NCBI GenBank assembly: GCA_963713975.1 | Contig: OY970218.1 | Coordinates: 256,001-320,000 of the forward strand | DNA from: an uncultured Chloroflexia bacterium | GTDB taxonomy: Bacteria > Chloroflexota > Limnocylindria > Limnocylindrales > CSP1-4 | DNA length: 64,000 bases | Direction: 5' to 3' | Part shown: positions 7,748 through 17,504 of the stretch, in pieces | Position numbering within the stretch: the first letter of the stretch is position 1 | Layout of the letters: the number at the start of each line of letters is the position of its first letter | Notes under the pieces: generated by a model | Told to the model about the DNA's origin: nothing | What the model saw: only the letters and a program-made list of their open reading frames with translations | Database searches by the model: none | Made by a program: the position numbers and the translations under genes

Positions 7748-10039
7748 GTGGGTACTGCGTCAGCGACTCCCGCAGCTACGGCGCCAACCGGCACGGTGGT
7801 TCACTCGCCGCTCAGGCGAGAGGGACCGGCGAAGCTGACCGGCGCCGCCCGCTTCACGGACGACATGGTCGTTTCCGGGGCGTGGTACGGCGTGACCGTG
7901 CGCTCCACGGAGCCCCACGCCAGGCTGCTGGGCATCGACCTCGATCCGGGCTTCGACTGGTCGGCGGTCGTGGTGGTCACGGCCGCGGACATCCCCGGCG
8001 ACAACGTGGTGACCCTGCTCGTCGACGACCAGCCCGCCCTCGTCGACGGTGAGATCCGGCACGTGGCGGAGCCCGTGGTCCTGGTCGCCGCCCCGGACCC
8101 GATCCTGGCCCGGGCTGCCCGCGACGCGGTCCACCTTCGCACCGAGCCCCTGCTCGCGGTCCTGGATCCATTGGCGGCAACCGAGTTCTGCAAGGTGTTC
8201 GAGATCGCCAGGGGAGACCTCGACGCCGGGCTCGCGAGTGCCGATCTCGTCCTGGAGGGCACGTACAGGACCGGCTACCAGGAACAGCTCTACATCGAGC
8301 CGCAGGCGATGATCGCGATCCCCCGCCCCGACGGCGGCCTGACCATCCACGGCTCGATGCAGTGCCCGTACTACGTGCACAAGGCGGTCGTGCGGGCGCT
8401 CGGCCTCGATCGCGATCGGGTCGCCATCGTGCAGGAGGAGACGGGAGGCGGCTTCGGCGGCAAGGAGGAGTACCCGTCCATCCTGGCGATCCATGCCGCC
8501 CTGCTCGCCCGCAAGGCGGGGCGCCCCGTGCGCATGGTGTATGAGCGGCACGAGGACCTCGCCGCGACCACCAAGCGACATCCGTCGATCATCCGCCACC
8601 GGACCGGCGTGACCCGTGACGGCCGGCTGGTGGCCCAGGACATCGAGATCGTCCTCGACGCGGGCGCCTACGCAACCGTGTCACCGGTCGTCCTGTCCCG
8701 CGGCGGCATCCACTGCGCGGGACCGTATGCCTGCCCCAACACACGGATCCGCGCCCGCGCGGCCGTGACCAACACGCCGCCCAACGGCGCCTTCCGGGGG
8801 TTCGGCGCGCCACAGGCCGCGTTCGCCGTCGAGACGCACCTGGACCGCCTCGCGGCCGCAGCGGGCATCTCGCCGCTCGAGATCCGGCGGCGCAATGCCT
8901 ACCGGCTCGGTGACGCCACGGCCACGGGCCAGGTCCTGCGCGAGAGCGTGGGGGCACTGGAGACGCTCGAGGCGGCGGCGGAGGCCTCCGGGTTCGAACG
9001 CGTCCGACGCGACCACGATGCGCGGCGCGAGGCGCGGCGCGAGGCGCGGTCCCGGCGAGGTGACGGGAACGCCGGGGCGCGCCTGGACGATCGGTCGGCC
9101 TCGGGGATCGGGATCGCGCTTGGCTGGCATGGCGCCGGGTTCACCGGCTCCGGGGAGGCGAGGCTCGCGAGCACCGCCTCGGTCGAGGTCGACGGCGGCG
9201 GGCAGATCCGGGCCTTCTCCGCGAACACGGAGATGGGCCAGGGATCGCGAACGGTGCTCGCCCAGGTGGTTGCCGAGGCGCTGGGCGTGGACCCCGACGA
9301 GGTCGACATCGCCCCCCAGGACACCGCGCTCGTCGCGGACAGCGGCCCGACCGTGGCGTCACGTACGACGATGGTGGTCGGCGCGTTGCTGGCGACCGCA
9401 TCCACGCACCTGCGTTCAGACGTGGAGGCCGTGACCGGCCGTCCGTTCGCGGCATCCTACCGCTCGTTCGCCCGTGAGCACGGTCCCCTGCGCGCCACGG
9501 AGCGGTTCCACGGCTTCCCGGGGATCGAGTGGGACGACGAGGCCTACCGGGGTGACGCCTACCCTGCCTACAGTTGGGCGTGCGCGGTGGCGGCCGTGGA
9601 CGTGGACCTCGACACGGGCGAGGTGCGGGTCCGGTCGGTCGTCCAGGCCGCCGACGCCGGCCGTATCGTCAACCGGGTCCTGGCCGAGGGCCAGGTCGAG
9701 GGCGGCACGCTGCAGGCCGTGGGCTACGCCACGCTCGAGGAGCTGCAGGCTGCGGACGGCCGCTACCGGAATGACCGGCTCTCGACCTACCTGATCCCGA
9801 CCGCGCTCGACGCGCCCCGGATCGAGACCCTCTTCGTGGGACAGCCGTTCGGTGCCGTCCCGCACGGGGCCAAGGGCCTGGGCGAGCTGCCGATGGACGT
9901 GCCCGCCCCCGCGGTGATCGCGGCGATCCACGATGCGACCGGGGCATGGATCCCGGACCTGCCGGCGACACCCGAGAAGATCCTCGCCGCGCTCTTGGCA
10001 CTGGATATCGAGGCGGGAGCGGAGGAGGCGGCCCGATGA
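7748..10039 (+). CDS. Xanthine dehydrogenase-family molybdopterin-binding subunit
   Basis: GGGFGGK, AFRGFG, EMGQG, SGPTVASR, GQVEGG, AKGLGE; start uncertain (7712 or 7748). Confidence 0.9.
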   Translation: MGTASATPAATAPTGTVVHSPLRREGPAKLTGAARFTDDMVVSGAWYGVTVRSTEPHARLLGIDLDPGFDWSAVVVVTAADIPGDNVVTLLVDDQPALVDGEIRHVAEPVVLVAAPDPILARAARDAVHLRTEPLLAVLDPLAATEFCKVFEIARGDLDAGLASADLVLEGTYRTGYQEQLYIEPQAMIAIPRPDGGLTIHGSMQCPYYVHKAVVRALGLDRDRVAIVQEETGGGFGGKEEYPSILAIHAALLARKAGRPVRMVYERHEDLAATTKRHPSIIRHRTGVTRDGRLVAQDIEIVLDAGAYATVSPVVLSRGGIHCAGPYACPNTRIRARAAVTNTPPNGAFRGFGAPQAAFAVETHLDRLAAAAGISPLEIRRRNAYRLGDATATGQVLRESVGALETLEAAAEASGFERVRRDHDARREARREARSRRGDGNAGARLDDRSASGIGIALGWHGAGFTGSGEARLASTASVEVDGGGQIRAFSANTEMGQGSRTVLAQVVAEALGVDPDEVDIAPQDTALVADSGPTVASRTTMVVGALLATASTHLRSDVEAVTGRPFAASYRSFAREHGPLRATERFHGFPGIEWDDEAYRGDAYPAYSWACAVAAVDVDLDTGEVRVRSVVQAADAGRIVNRVLAEGQVEGGTLQAVGYATLEELQAADGRYRNDRLSTYLIPTALDAPRIETLFVGQPFGAVPHGAKGLGELPMDVPAPAVIAAIHDATGAWIPDLPATPEKILAALLALDIEAGAEEAAR
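9020..9049 (+). repeat. In-frame 12-bp tandem repeat (2.5 copies, ARRE)
   Basis: GCGCGGCGCGAG x2 + GCGCGG inside the xdh large-subunit gene. Confidence 0.6.
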
Positions 10040-11505
10040 TCGAGTCGTCGCCCCTCGCCGCCCCTCCGATCCGGTTCCGGGTCAACGGCCGCGCGGTCGA
10101 GATCACGGACGAGCCAGGGGGCCGGCGCCTGCTCGACGTCCTGCGACTCGACCTGGGCCTTACGGGGGCGAAGGAGGGATGCGGCGAGGGCGAGTGCGGC
10201 GCCTGCTCCGTGCTGCTCGACGGCGCCGTCGTCAACAGCTGCCTGCTGCCGGTGGGCCAGGCCGACGGTCACGAGGTCGTCACCGTGGAGGGGCTGGCCG
10301 ACGGCGACCGCCTGTCGCCCCTCCAGCAGTCGTTCCTCGAGACGGGTGGGACGCAGTGCGGGATGTGCACCCCGGGGTTGCTCGTGGCCGCCCATGCGCT
10401 CCTCGAATTGGGACGACCCGCCGGCGAGCCCGACGTCCGCGAGGCGATCGCGGGCAACCTCTGCCGCTGCACTGGCTACACCAAGGTGGTCGAGGCGATC
10501 GAGGCGGCGGGGGCGGTCCACCGGCCGGCAAGGGTCGCGGGCGTCCAGGACGCACCGGTCGCGGGCGAGCTGCCGGCATCGCCGGCCGTTCCCGCAACGG
10601 TGCGACGCCACCACGGGTCCATCCGGTCCGATCCGCGCCTGGTCCGCCCCACCTCCCTGCCCGATGCGGTGGCGCGGCTCACCGCCGATCCGGCGCTCCG
10701 CCCGTTCGCCGGTGGGACGGACCTGATGGTCGAGCTGGCCCACGGATCGGCATCGCCGGGACGCCCGCTGCTGGACCTGTGGGAGCTCGACGAGCTGCGC
10801 GGGATCGAGGTCATCCACGATGAGCTGGCCCTGGGCGCATTGACCACCTGGACGGAGCTCCTCGACTCCACCGTCGCGCGCCACGCGCTGCCGGTGCTCG
10901 GCGAGGCGGCCGCGACGGTCGGTGCCGTCCAGGTCCGGAACCGGGGCACCATCGGCGGCAACTGCGTCACCGCCTCCCCCGCGGGCGATCTCCTGCCGGT
11001 GCTGCTTGCCACGGACGCGAGCCTTGAGGTGGCGGGGCCAGGCGGGACCCGGACGATCCGGGCGGATGCCTTCTGGACGGGCTACCGCACGACCGCCCTC
11101 GCCCCCGGGGAGCTGCTGGTGGCCGTGCGGGTCCCGCTGGTCCCCGGCCGAAGGGTGCGCTACCGGAAGGTCGGCACGCGTCGCGCGCTGGCGATCGCCA
11201 AGGTATCGATCGCCCTCGCCTGGCAGGACGGGGCGACGGCGGCAGGAACCGGCGGCACCGGCCGCGGACGCTGGCGGGGCGTCCGGGTCGCTCTGGGTTC
11301 AGTCGCGCCCACGCCCATTCGCGTGCTCCGGACCGAGGCGGTGCTGGAAGGGCGGCTGCCGGATCTCGCGATCGCGAACGAGGCCGCCGCCACGGTCCGG
11401 GCCGAGATCACGCCGATCGACGACATCCGCTCGACCGCCGACTACCGCCGCGAGGTCACGGGCCGGATCCTGCGCCGCATCGTGCTCGACGGCGCCCAGG
11501 GCTGA
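10036..11505 (+). CDS. Fused 2x[2Fe-2S] + FAD-binding subunit of a xanthine dehydrogenase-family enzyme
   Basis: GCGEGECGAC, QCGMC, NLCRCTGY, then AGGTDL, RNRGTIGGN, DDIRSTADYR; GGAGGAGG RBS; overlaps upstream stop. Confidence 0.9.
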   Translation: MIESSPLAAPPIRFRVNGRAVEITDEPGGRRLLDVLRLDLGLTGAKEGCGEGECGACSVLLDGAVVNSCLLPVGQADGHEVVTVEGLADGDRLSPLQQSFLETGGTQCGMCTPGLLVAAHALLELGRPAGEPDVREAIAGNLCRCTGYTKVVEAIEAAGAVHRPARVAGVQDAPVAGELPASPAVPATVRRHHGSIRSDPRLVRPTSLPDAVARLTADPALRPFAGGTDLMVELAHGSASPGRPLLDLWELDELRGIEVIHDELALGALTTWTELLDSTVARHALPVLGEAAATVGAVQVRNRGTIGGNCVTASPAGDLLPVLLATDASLEVAGPGGTRTIRADAFWTGYRTTALAPGELLVAVRVPLVPGRRVRYRKVGTRRALAIAKVSIALAWQDGATAAGTGGTGRGRWRGVRVALGSVAPTPIRVLRTEAVLEGRLPDLAIANEAAATVRAEITPIDDIRSTADYRREVTGRILRRIVLDGAQG

Positions 11506-11542
11506 CCGGCCGGCAACGCGACCGCGAGCCGGCGGACATGGT

Positions 11543-12049
11543 TCAGATCGCGGGCGCGTCCAGCCCCAGCGTCGCCGCCAGCTCCTGTACCGCTGCCCGC
11601 TCCGCATCGTTGACCAGGACGCCGCCGCTGCCGAGGAACCCCTGGTCCTCCATGCCCGCCTGCGCCACCGCCACCGCGATCCCGAGCAGCCACGACCTGT
11701 ACGCCGAGGTCTCATCGGGGGTAGCGCCGGCCTCTACCGCCGCCATGGCCGATCGCACCGTCGCGACCGCCCTGTCGCGCGCATCGGGGGCCGTCACGAT
11801 CCTGGCGTAGTCGGGGAACGCGCCACCGGACGCCGCGTGGTCCTGGAGGGTCACGATGATCGACGAGAGCAGCGGATGGGCGACCTGGCCGCGGGCGCTG
11901 TCGAGCACGTAGGCGGCCATCGCGAAGCCCTCGCTGGCCGTCTCCTCCTTGCGACCAGGGCTCGCCGTCGAGATCAGCACGGCCGCCGCCTCCAGGCCCT
12001 GAAGGATCAGCCGCCGGTCATCGGGTTCGAAGTCGCCGAGCAGGGTCAT
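11543..12049 (-). CDS. Hypothetical helical protein
   Basis: 168-aa ORF with GGAGG RBS; VAQAGMEDQGFLGSGGVLVNDAE C-terminal motif. Confidence 0.7.
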   Translation of the reverse strand: MTLLGDFEPDDRRLILQGLEAAAVLISTASPGRKEETASEGFAMAAYVLDSARGQVAHPLLSSIIVTLQDHAASGGAFPDYARIVTAPDARDRAVATVRSAMAAVEAGATPDETSAYRSWLLGIAVAVAQAGMEDQGFLGSGGVLVNDAERAAVQELAATLGLDAPAI

Positions 12050-12149
12050 GTCGCATCCTCCGTGCACCGGAATGGTTGACGACGGTGCACGATGTCGACC
12101 TTACCGCCATTCGACCCCGCGAGGCGTGGAAATGTCCGTGGTGAGCCGA

Positions 12150-13298
12150 TCAGGCCGTCGATGGGGACCCGGGCGCCCACAGGATCGCGGCGGGCCGACA
12201 GCGGGTGAGGCACAGGCCACAGCGCTCGCATCGCTCCTGGTCCAGCTCGGCCTTGCCGTTCACGACGTGGATGGCGTCGTAGACGCACGAGCCCTCGCAC
12301 AGCGCGCAGCCGTTGCACAGGTCGAGATCCACCATCGGCGGGCCGGGAACCTGGGCGGCAACGGGCTCGCGCAGGGCCATGCCCCGCACGTCGTCGAGAC
12401 CGGCGTATCCGTGGCCGGCGAGCCAGGCGGCCGCCTCTCCCGCGATCTTCCCGAACACGCCGCGACCGCGGAGGATTGCCGCGGTGCACACCTGCACGGC
12501 CGACGCGCCCGCCATCGCCATCTCGATCACGTCCGTGCCGCGGCTGATCCCGCCACAGCCGATGACGGGCAGGTCCACGGCGCGGGCCACATCGAACACG
12601 GAGCGCACGGCAAGGGGCTTGAGGGCCGGACCGGAGAGCCAGCCAGAGCCGTCGCCGCCACCCAGGCGCGGCCGGCCGCTCTCGATGTCGACGGCCAGGC
12701 AGGGGCCAAACGAGTTGATGGCGACGATCGCGTCCGCACCGGCGCGTGCCGCCTGCTCGGCAGCCCGTGACATCTGGCGTCCGAGCGGGCTGAGCTTGAC
12801 CCACACGGGCACGTCCACGGCGTCCTTGGCCGCCCGGATCGCGTCGACCATCGGGCCCGCGTCCTCGCCGATGTAGTGCGTCGAGAGCTCCAGGGCATCC
12901 GCGAACGGCCGGACGCGGGGCGCGAGCCACGCGATGTCCGCGGCGGAATAGCCCAGGCTCACGATCAGCGGCAGGTCCGGCGTCCTCGCCTGCGGCAGCT
13001 CGTACTCCAGCCACTGCTCCGGCGGGAGCTCGGACCACAGCTCGGCGTTGAGGAACCCATGAGCGATCTCGGCCATGTTAGGCGTGGGGACGACGGCCGC
13101 GGAGCGCGAGATGGTCTTGCTGACCAGGCCCCCGGCGCCACCCGCGGCGCAGGCCAGCATGGCGGCCCCGTCACGCACCGGCGGCCCCGCCGCCGTGAGG
13201 ACCGGGTTGCGGAACCGGATGCCACAGACCTCGACGGAGGCGTCGACGGGCGGTGCCGTCGCGGCGGCAGCCGAGGCGGGCGTTGCGCGCCGGGTCAC
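12150..13298 (-). CDS. Dihydroorotate/dihydropyrimidine dehydrogenase (PreA)-like FMN enzyme with C-terminal 2x[4Fe-4S] domain
   Basis: NPVLTAAGP, SKTIS, VKLSP, AINS, LSGPALKP, GCGGI; CNGCALCEGSC and CERCGLCLTRC; GTG start overlaps the ssnA stop. Confidence 0.85.
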   Translation of the reverse strand: MTRRATPASAAAATAPPVDASVEVCGIRFRNPVLTAAGPPVRDGAAMLACAAGGAGGLVSKTISRSAAVVPTPNMAEIAHGFLNAELWSELPPEQWLEYELPQARTPDLPLIVSLGYSAADIAWLAPRVRPFADALELSTHYIGEDAGPMVDAIRAAKDAVDVPVWVKLSPLGRQMSRAAEQAARAGADAIVAINSFGPCLAVDIESGRPRLGGGDGSGWLSGPALKPLAVRSVFDVARAVDLPVIGCGGISRGTDVIEMAMAGASAVQVCTAAILRGRGVFGKIAGEAAAWLAGHGYAGLDDVRGMALREPVAAQVPGPPMVDLDLCNGCALCEGSCVYDAIHVVNGKAELDQERCERCGLCLTRCRPAAILWAPGSPSTA

Positions 13299-14671
13299 CG
13301 AAGCGGCGCCGTGCGCGGATCGAACGGGTGCTCGCCGATCGTGGCGAGGCGGCCCCACAAGCGTGTCGCCTGGGCACGAGCGGCGTCGAGGAGCCAGTCC
13401 TCGCCTACGAACCGGAGGCGGTGGCCAAGGACGGCGACCTCGCCTGCAACGACCACGTCGCGCACGTTGCGCGCCGAGAGGCCGAACACCCAGTGGCCGG
13501 GGAAGGTGTCCGCATCGGCCGGCGTGGGGACCGCGTGATCCAGGACGACGAGGTCCGCCGGCGCGCCCGCCTCGATCCGTCCGAGCAGGGGCTCGCCGAA
13601 GGCACGGCCCGCGACCCGTGCCGACTCCGCCAGGCGCGCCAGCACCCAGCGCGGATCGGGCGCCACCCCCTCCTCGCGCGCCGCGAGCCAGGCGGTCCGG
13701 GACTCCTCGAACATGTCCGCGCCGATGCCGTCCGTGCCGAGGGCGACCCGGGACCCCGGGAGTGCACGGGACCCCAGGAGCGCCGGTCGCCCCACGGCGT
13801 TGTTCATGTTGGACCGGATGTTGTGCACCACGGTCGCCCCGGCTTCGCGCACGGCCTCGGCCTCCCGCTCGTCGAGGTGCACCCCGTGGGCGAGCAGCGA
13901 CAGCTCGTCCAGGGCACCTGCCCGGGCGAGTCGTTCGATGACGGGGATCCCGAAGCGGGCCCGGCAGTCCGCCTGGTCCACGGCGTCCTCGGCAACGTGC
14001 ACGTGGAGGCCGGTCCCCGTGTGACCGGCGGCCTCGACGCAGGCAGCCAGGGTCGCGTCCGAGAGCGTGAACGAGGCGTGCGCCCCGACCATCGAGCGGG
14101 CGAGCGGCAGCGCCCCACCCGCCGCATGCTCGGCGAAGCGGCGGTTCTCGCGCAGGCCTGCCGCGGAGCACTCGGGTCCGTCCCGATCCGACACCTCGTA
14201 CGCGAGGATGCTGCGGATCCCGGTGGCCGCGAGCGACTCCGCGATGATGTCGAGCGAGCCGGCGATGGCATGCGGGGAGGCGTGATGGTCGACCACGGTG
14301 GTCGTGCCGGCCAGCAGGGCCTCCATGCCGCCGACGAGCGCGGAGGCGCGGATCGATCCCTCGTCCAGCCCGCGGTCCAGCCGCCACCAGACGCGTCGCA
14401 GGATGTCGACGAAGTCCCGGGGAGGCTCCAGGCCGTAGGGCATCCCCCGGGCCAGCGCCGCGTACAGGTGGGTGTGGGCGCAGACGTTGCCCGGGATCAC
14501 GACGCAGCCCCGTGCGTCGATGCGGTTCACGCCGGGATCATCGTCCCCGGACGCGTCCGCCACGGGGCTCACCTCGAGGACGCGGCCGTCGCCCACGAGG
14601 ACGTCGGCGACCTCGACCCGCACCGGGTCCAGGGACGTGACCACCGTGCCGCCGGTTACGAGCAGGTTCAT
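13295..14671 (-). CDS. ssnA: SsnA-like amidohydrolase
   Basis: PGNVCAHTHLY, ILRRVWWRLD, DHHASP, YEVSDRDG, GAHASFT, HVAE, RSNMNNAVG. Confidence 0.85.
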   Translation of the reverse strand: MNLLVTGGTVVTSLDPVRVEVADVLVGDGRVLEVSPVADASGDDDPGVNRIDARGCVVIPGNVCAHTHLYAALARGMPYGLEPPRDFVDILRRVWWRLDRGLDEGSIRASALVGGMEALLAGTTTVVDHHASPHAIAGSLDIIAESLAATGIRSILAYEVSDRDGPECSAAGLRENRRFAEHAAGGALPLARSMVGAHASFTLSDATLAACVEAAGHTGTGLHVHVAEDAVDQADCRARFGIPVIERLARAGALDELSLLAHGVHLDEREAEAVREAGATVVHNIRSNMNNAVGRPALLGSRALPGSRVALGTDGIGADMFEESRTAWLAAREEGVAPDPRWVLARLAESARVAGRAFGEPLLGRIEAGAPADLVVLDHAVPTPADADTFPGHWVFGLSARNVRDVVVAGEVAVLGHRLRFVGEDWLLDAARAQATRLWGRLATIGEHPFDPRTAPLR

Positions 14672-17307
14672 CGCCGGGTCCCTCCGCCGGCGGGCTCACG
14701 ATCGAGTCGTGGCAGCAGCGCGTGGGCTGCGGCCGAGTCGCGCATCGGGAGCCTGGTCCTGCGGACGCCGTCGAAGGCGTGCAGCGCCGAGGCTACGGCC
14801 GCCGCCGTCGGGACGAGCACCGCCTCGCCCATTCCCTTGGCGCCGCGGGGGCCCTCGGGCTGGGGGACCTCCACCAGGATCGTCTCGACCGGCGGCATCG
14901 TGGCGGCCGGGATGATCCCGAGCGACTTGAGGGTGTCGTTGACGGGCATGCCATCCTCCACGATGAACTCCTCCGTCAGGGCCATGCCGAGGCCCATGTG
15001 GACCCCGCCCTCGACCTGCCCCTTGAGCAGTGCGGGGTTGAGCGCGCGCCCCACGTCCTGGGCCGCGATCACGCGTTCGATCCGTCCGTGGTCATCCAGG
15101 ACCACCACCTGGGTCGCCCAGCCGTAGGCGAAGTGGGTGACCGGCTCGTCGACATCGGGCCCGAGCGGTGTGGTCCAGTCGACGACGAACTCGCCCGGGA
15201 ACTCCCTGCCGGCGAGATCCTCCATGAGCCCATCGCCGACGGCCGCGGCAAGCACGGCGCAGGCATCGAGGACGGCCCGGCCGCCCAGCATCGTGGCGCG
15301 CGACGCCGTGGTCTCCCCGGTGTCGAGCTCGTGGCCCGTGTCGACGACGACCCGGATCCGCTCCGGTGCGATGCCCAGCTCCTCGGCGGCGAGCTGGCGG
15401 AACACGGTGTGGCACCCCTGGCCCATCTCGGTCCAGGAGTGGAACAGCGTCACGGTCCCGTCGGCCTCCGGCCGCAGGACGGCCCGTCCACGCTCGATGA
15501 GGCCGTTGCCGACGCCCACGTTCTTGGCGCCGCAGGCGATCCCCGCGCACCTCGCCGCCCGGTAGGCATCGCGCACGGCAAGCAGCGTGGCCCGGATCCC
15601 GACGCCGGGCCCCAGCCGCTGGCCCGTCCCGAACCGGTCGCCCACGTCGAGCGCGTTTCGCCAGCGGATCTCCCAGCCGTCGATGCCCGCCTGCTCGGCC
15701 AGCATGTCCATCACGCCCTCGAGCGCGAAAGCAGCCTGGTTGGCCCCAAAGCCCCGCATCGCGCCCGACGGCGGGTTGTTGGTGTAGACGGCTCGCGCCT
15801 CGACGTCCACGTTGGGGACGCGATACGGCCCGCAGGCGTGGCCGGCCGCCCGCTCCAGCACCTTGCCGCCCACGCTGGCATACGCCCCGTTGTCCCCGAC
15901 GATGCGCGCCCGGATCGCGACGAGCCGGCCGTCGGCATCGCAGCCCGCCGTGTAGTCCAGCCACATCGGGTGGCGCTTGACGTGGAACCGGAGGCTCTCG
16001 ACGCGGCTCAGCCGCAGGAGGACCGGCCGGCCGGTACTGACGGCGAGGAGCGCGGCCTGCCCCTGGACGCTCAGATCCTCCTTGCCGCCGAAGGCTCCGC
16101 CCGTCGACACCTGGGTGACCATGACCTCGGCCGGCTCGAGGGCGAGGAACGACGCGACCTGGCGCCGGTCCTCCCAGGCACCCTGGCCCTCCGAGTAGAC
16201 GTGGACGCGCGGCAGGGTGACCCGCACGCCATCCGGTCCGACGGCCCCGCGCGGGACCGCGAGGCTCGCCTCAGGCTCCAGGAACGCATGCTCGATCGCC
16301 TGCGTGCGGAAGCTGGCGCTGGCCACGTGGGTGGCCGAGGCGAGGGCCGCCACCGCGTCGCCACGCCGGATGGCGGAGCTCGAGAGCACGTTGCCGCCCT
16401 CGTGGACGGCCGGGGCTCCCTCCTCGAGGGCCTTGAACGGATCGGTCACGGGCGGCAGCGGTTCCAGCGCCACCTCGATCAGCGCCGCGGCCCGGATCGC
16501 GATCGCGCGCGTCTCCGCGGCCACGGCCGCGAGGATGTCGCCCACGTAGCGTGTCGTCTCGCCCTCGGCCACCAGCAGCGGCCAGTCGGGGACGATGAGC
16601 CCCTGCTCCCGCCGGCCCGGGACGTCCGCAGCGGTCACGACGGCGACAACACCGGGCAGCGCGGCTGCGCGGGTGGCGTCGATGCGGTGCACGACCGCCC
16701 GCGGCGCACCGGCGAAGCGGAGCGCGCCGTGGAGCATGCCGGGCGCCACGAGGTCCGCGACGAACGGCTTCTCCCCCAGCGCCAGGGCATGGCCCTCGTG
16801 GCGAGCTCCGAGACCACGGGTCGCGCCCGGATCCCTGGCCAGCAGCGCCCCACCGCGCCGCGTCCGGGCCGCCAGCTCGATCGCGTCGACGATGGCCACA
16901 TACCCCGTGCAGCGGCACAGGTTCCCGGCCAGGGCGTGCGCGATCACCTCGCGGGCGGGTTCGGGGTTGCGCCGCAGCAGGGCCTCGGCCTTCATCACCA
17001 CGCCCGGCGAGCAGAAGCCGCACTGCGACGCCCCGGTCGCCACGAACGCGTCCGCCCACCCGTCCCGGACATGGGCCGACAGGCCCTCGAGCGTCTCCAC
17101 GGCACGGCCCCGCACCCGGTCCACCGGCTGGGCACAGGACACGACCGCGTGACCGTCCACGATCACGGTGCACGCCCCACAGGAGCCCTCTGGCGAGCAG
17201 CCGTCCTTCATCGACCGGAGGCCGCACGTATCCCGCAGGACGTCCAGCAGCGATGCCCCGGGCGCCGCATCCACAGCGACGGCCCGGCCGTTGAGCGTGA
17301 AGTCCAT
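14668..17307 (-). CDS. Molybdenum hydroxylase with N-terminal [2Fe-2S] domains (selenium-dependent xanthine dehydrogenase/XdhD-like)
   Basis: KDGCSPEGSCGAC, QCGFC, CRCTGY, EHAFLEPE, GGAFGGKED, AMRGFG, TTASR, GQVEGG, AKGMGE. Confidence 0.88.
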   Translation of the reverse strand: MDFTLNGRAVAVDAAPGASLLDVLRDTCGLRSMKDGCSPEGSCGACTVIVDGHAVVSCAQPVDRVRGRAVETLEGLSAHVRDGWADAFVATGASQCGFCSPGVVMKAEALLRRNPEPAREVIAHALAGNLCRCTGYVAIVDAIELAARTRRGGALLARDPGATRGLGARHEGHALALGEKPFVADLVAPGMLHGALRFAGAPRAVVHRIDATRAAALPGVVAVVTAADVPGRREQGLIVPDWPLLVAEGETTRYVGDILAAVAAETRAIAIRAAALIEVALEPLPPVTDPFKALEEGAPAVHEGGNVLSSSAIRRGDAVAALASATHVASASFRTQAIEHAFLEPEASLAVPRGAVGPDGVRVTLPRVHVYSEGQGAWEDRRQVASFLALEPAEVMVTQVSTGGAFGGKEDLSVQGQAALLAVSTGRPVLLRLSRVESLRFHVKRHPMWLDYTAGCDADGRLVAIRARIVGDNGAYASVGGKVLERAAGHACGPYRVPNVDVEARAVYTNNPPSGAMRGFGANQAAFALEGVMDMLAEQAGIDGWEIRWRNALDVGDRFGTGQRLGPGVGIRATLLAVRDAYRAARCAGIACGAKNVGVGNGLIERGRAVLRPEADGTVTLFHSWTEMGQGCHTVFRQLAAEELGIAPERIRVVVDTGHELDTGETTASRATMLGGRAVLDACAVLAAAVGDGLMEDLAGREFPGEFVVDWTTPLGPDVDEPVTHFAYGWATQVVVLDDHGRIERVIAAQDVGRALNPALLKGQVEGGVHMGLGMALTEEFIVEDGMPVNDTLKSLGIIPAATMPPVETILVEVPQPEGPRGAKGMGEAVLVPTAAAVASALHAFDGVRRTRLPMRDSAAAHALLPRLDREPAGGGTRR

Positions 17308-17504
17308 GGGACCCCTCGCGGCCGGTCCCCGCTGGACCGTCTGGCCCTAGCCGGGAGCGCTCCGATGTCGAATCGTAGGGACGACTCGAGGGACCCCGCG
17401 CGTGCCAAGTGTCCCGACTCCGCACGAGGCCTGTCCCGAGCCGTCGGGCGACCGACCCACCGTCACGGCTGAAGCCGGGCCGTCGCCAACAGCAGGAGGT
17501 CGTG

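Noticed and set aside
9020-9049. ARRE tandem repeat as a phase-variation site
   Set aside because: The 12-bp unit preserves the frame and lies in a variable loop; most likely neutral slippage.
7748-17307. Selenocysteine read-through in the molybdenum hydroxylases
   Set aside because: Both ORFs are full length with no in-frame TGA; Se-dependent hydroxylases use a labile Se cofactor rather than Sec.
14722-17472. 916-aa plus-strand ORF, and similar long ORFs such as 38406-40829, 20448-22571 and 2864-4990
   Set aside because: Antisense or off-frame shadows of well-supported genes; stop codons are scarce at this GC content and the products are Arg/Pro/Gly-rich with no motifs.
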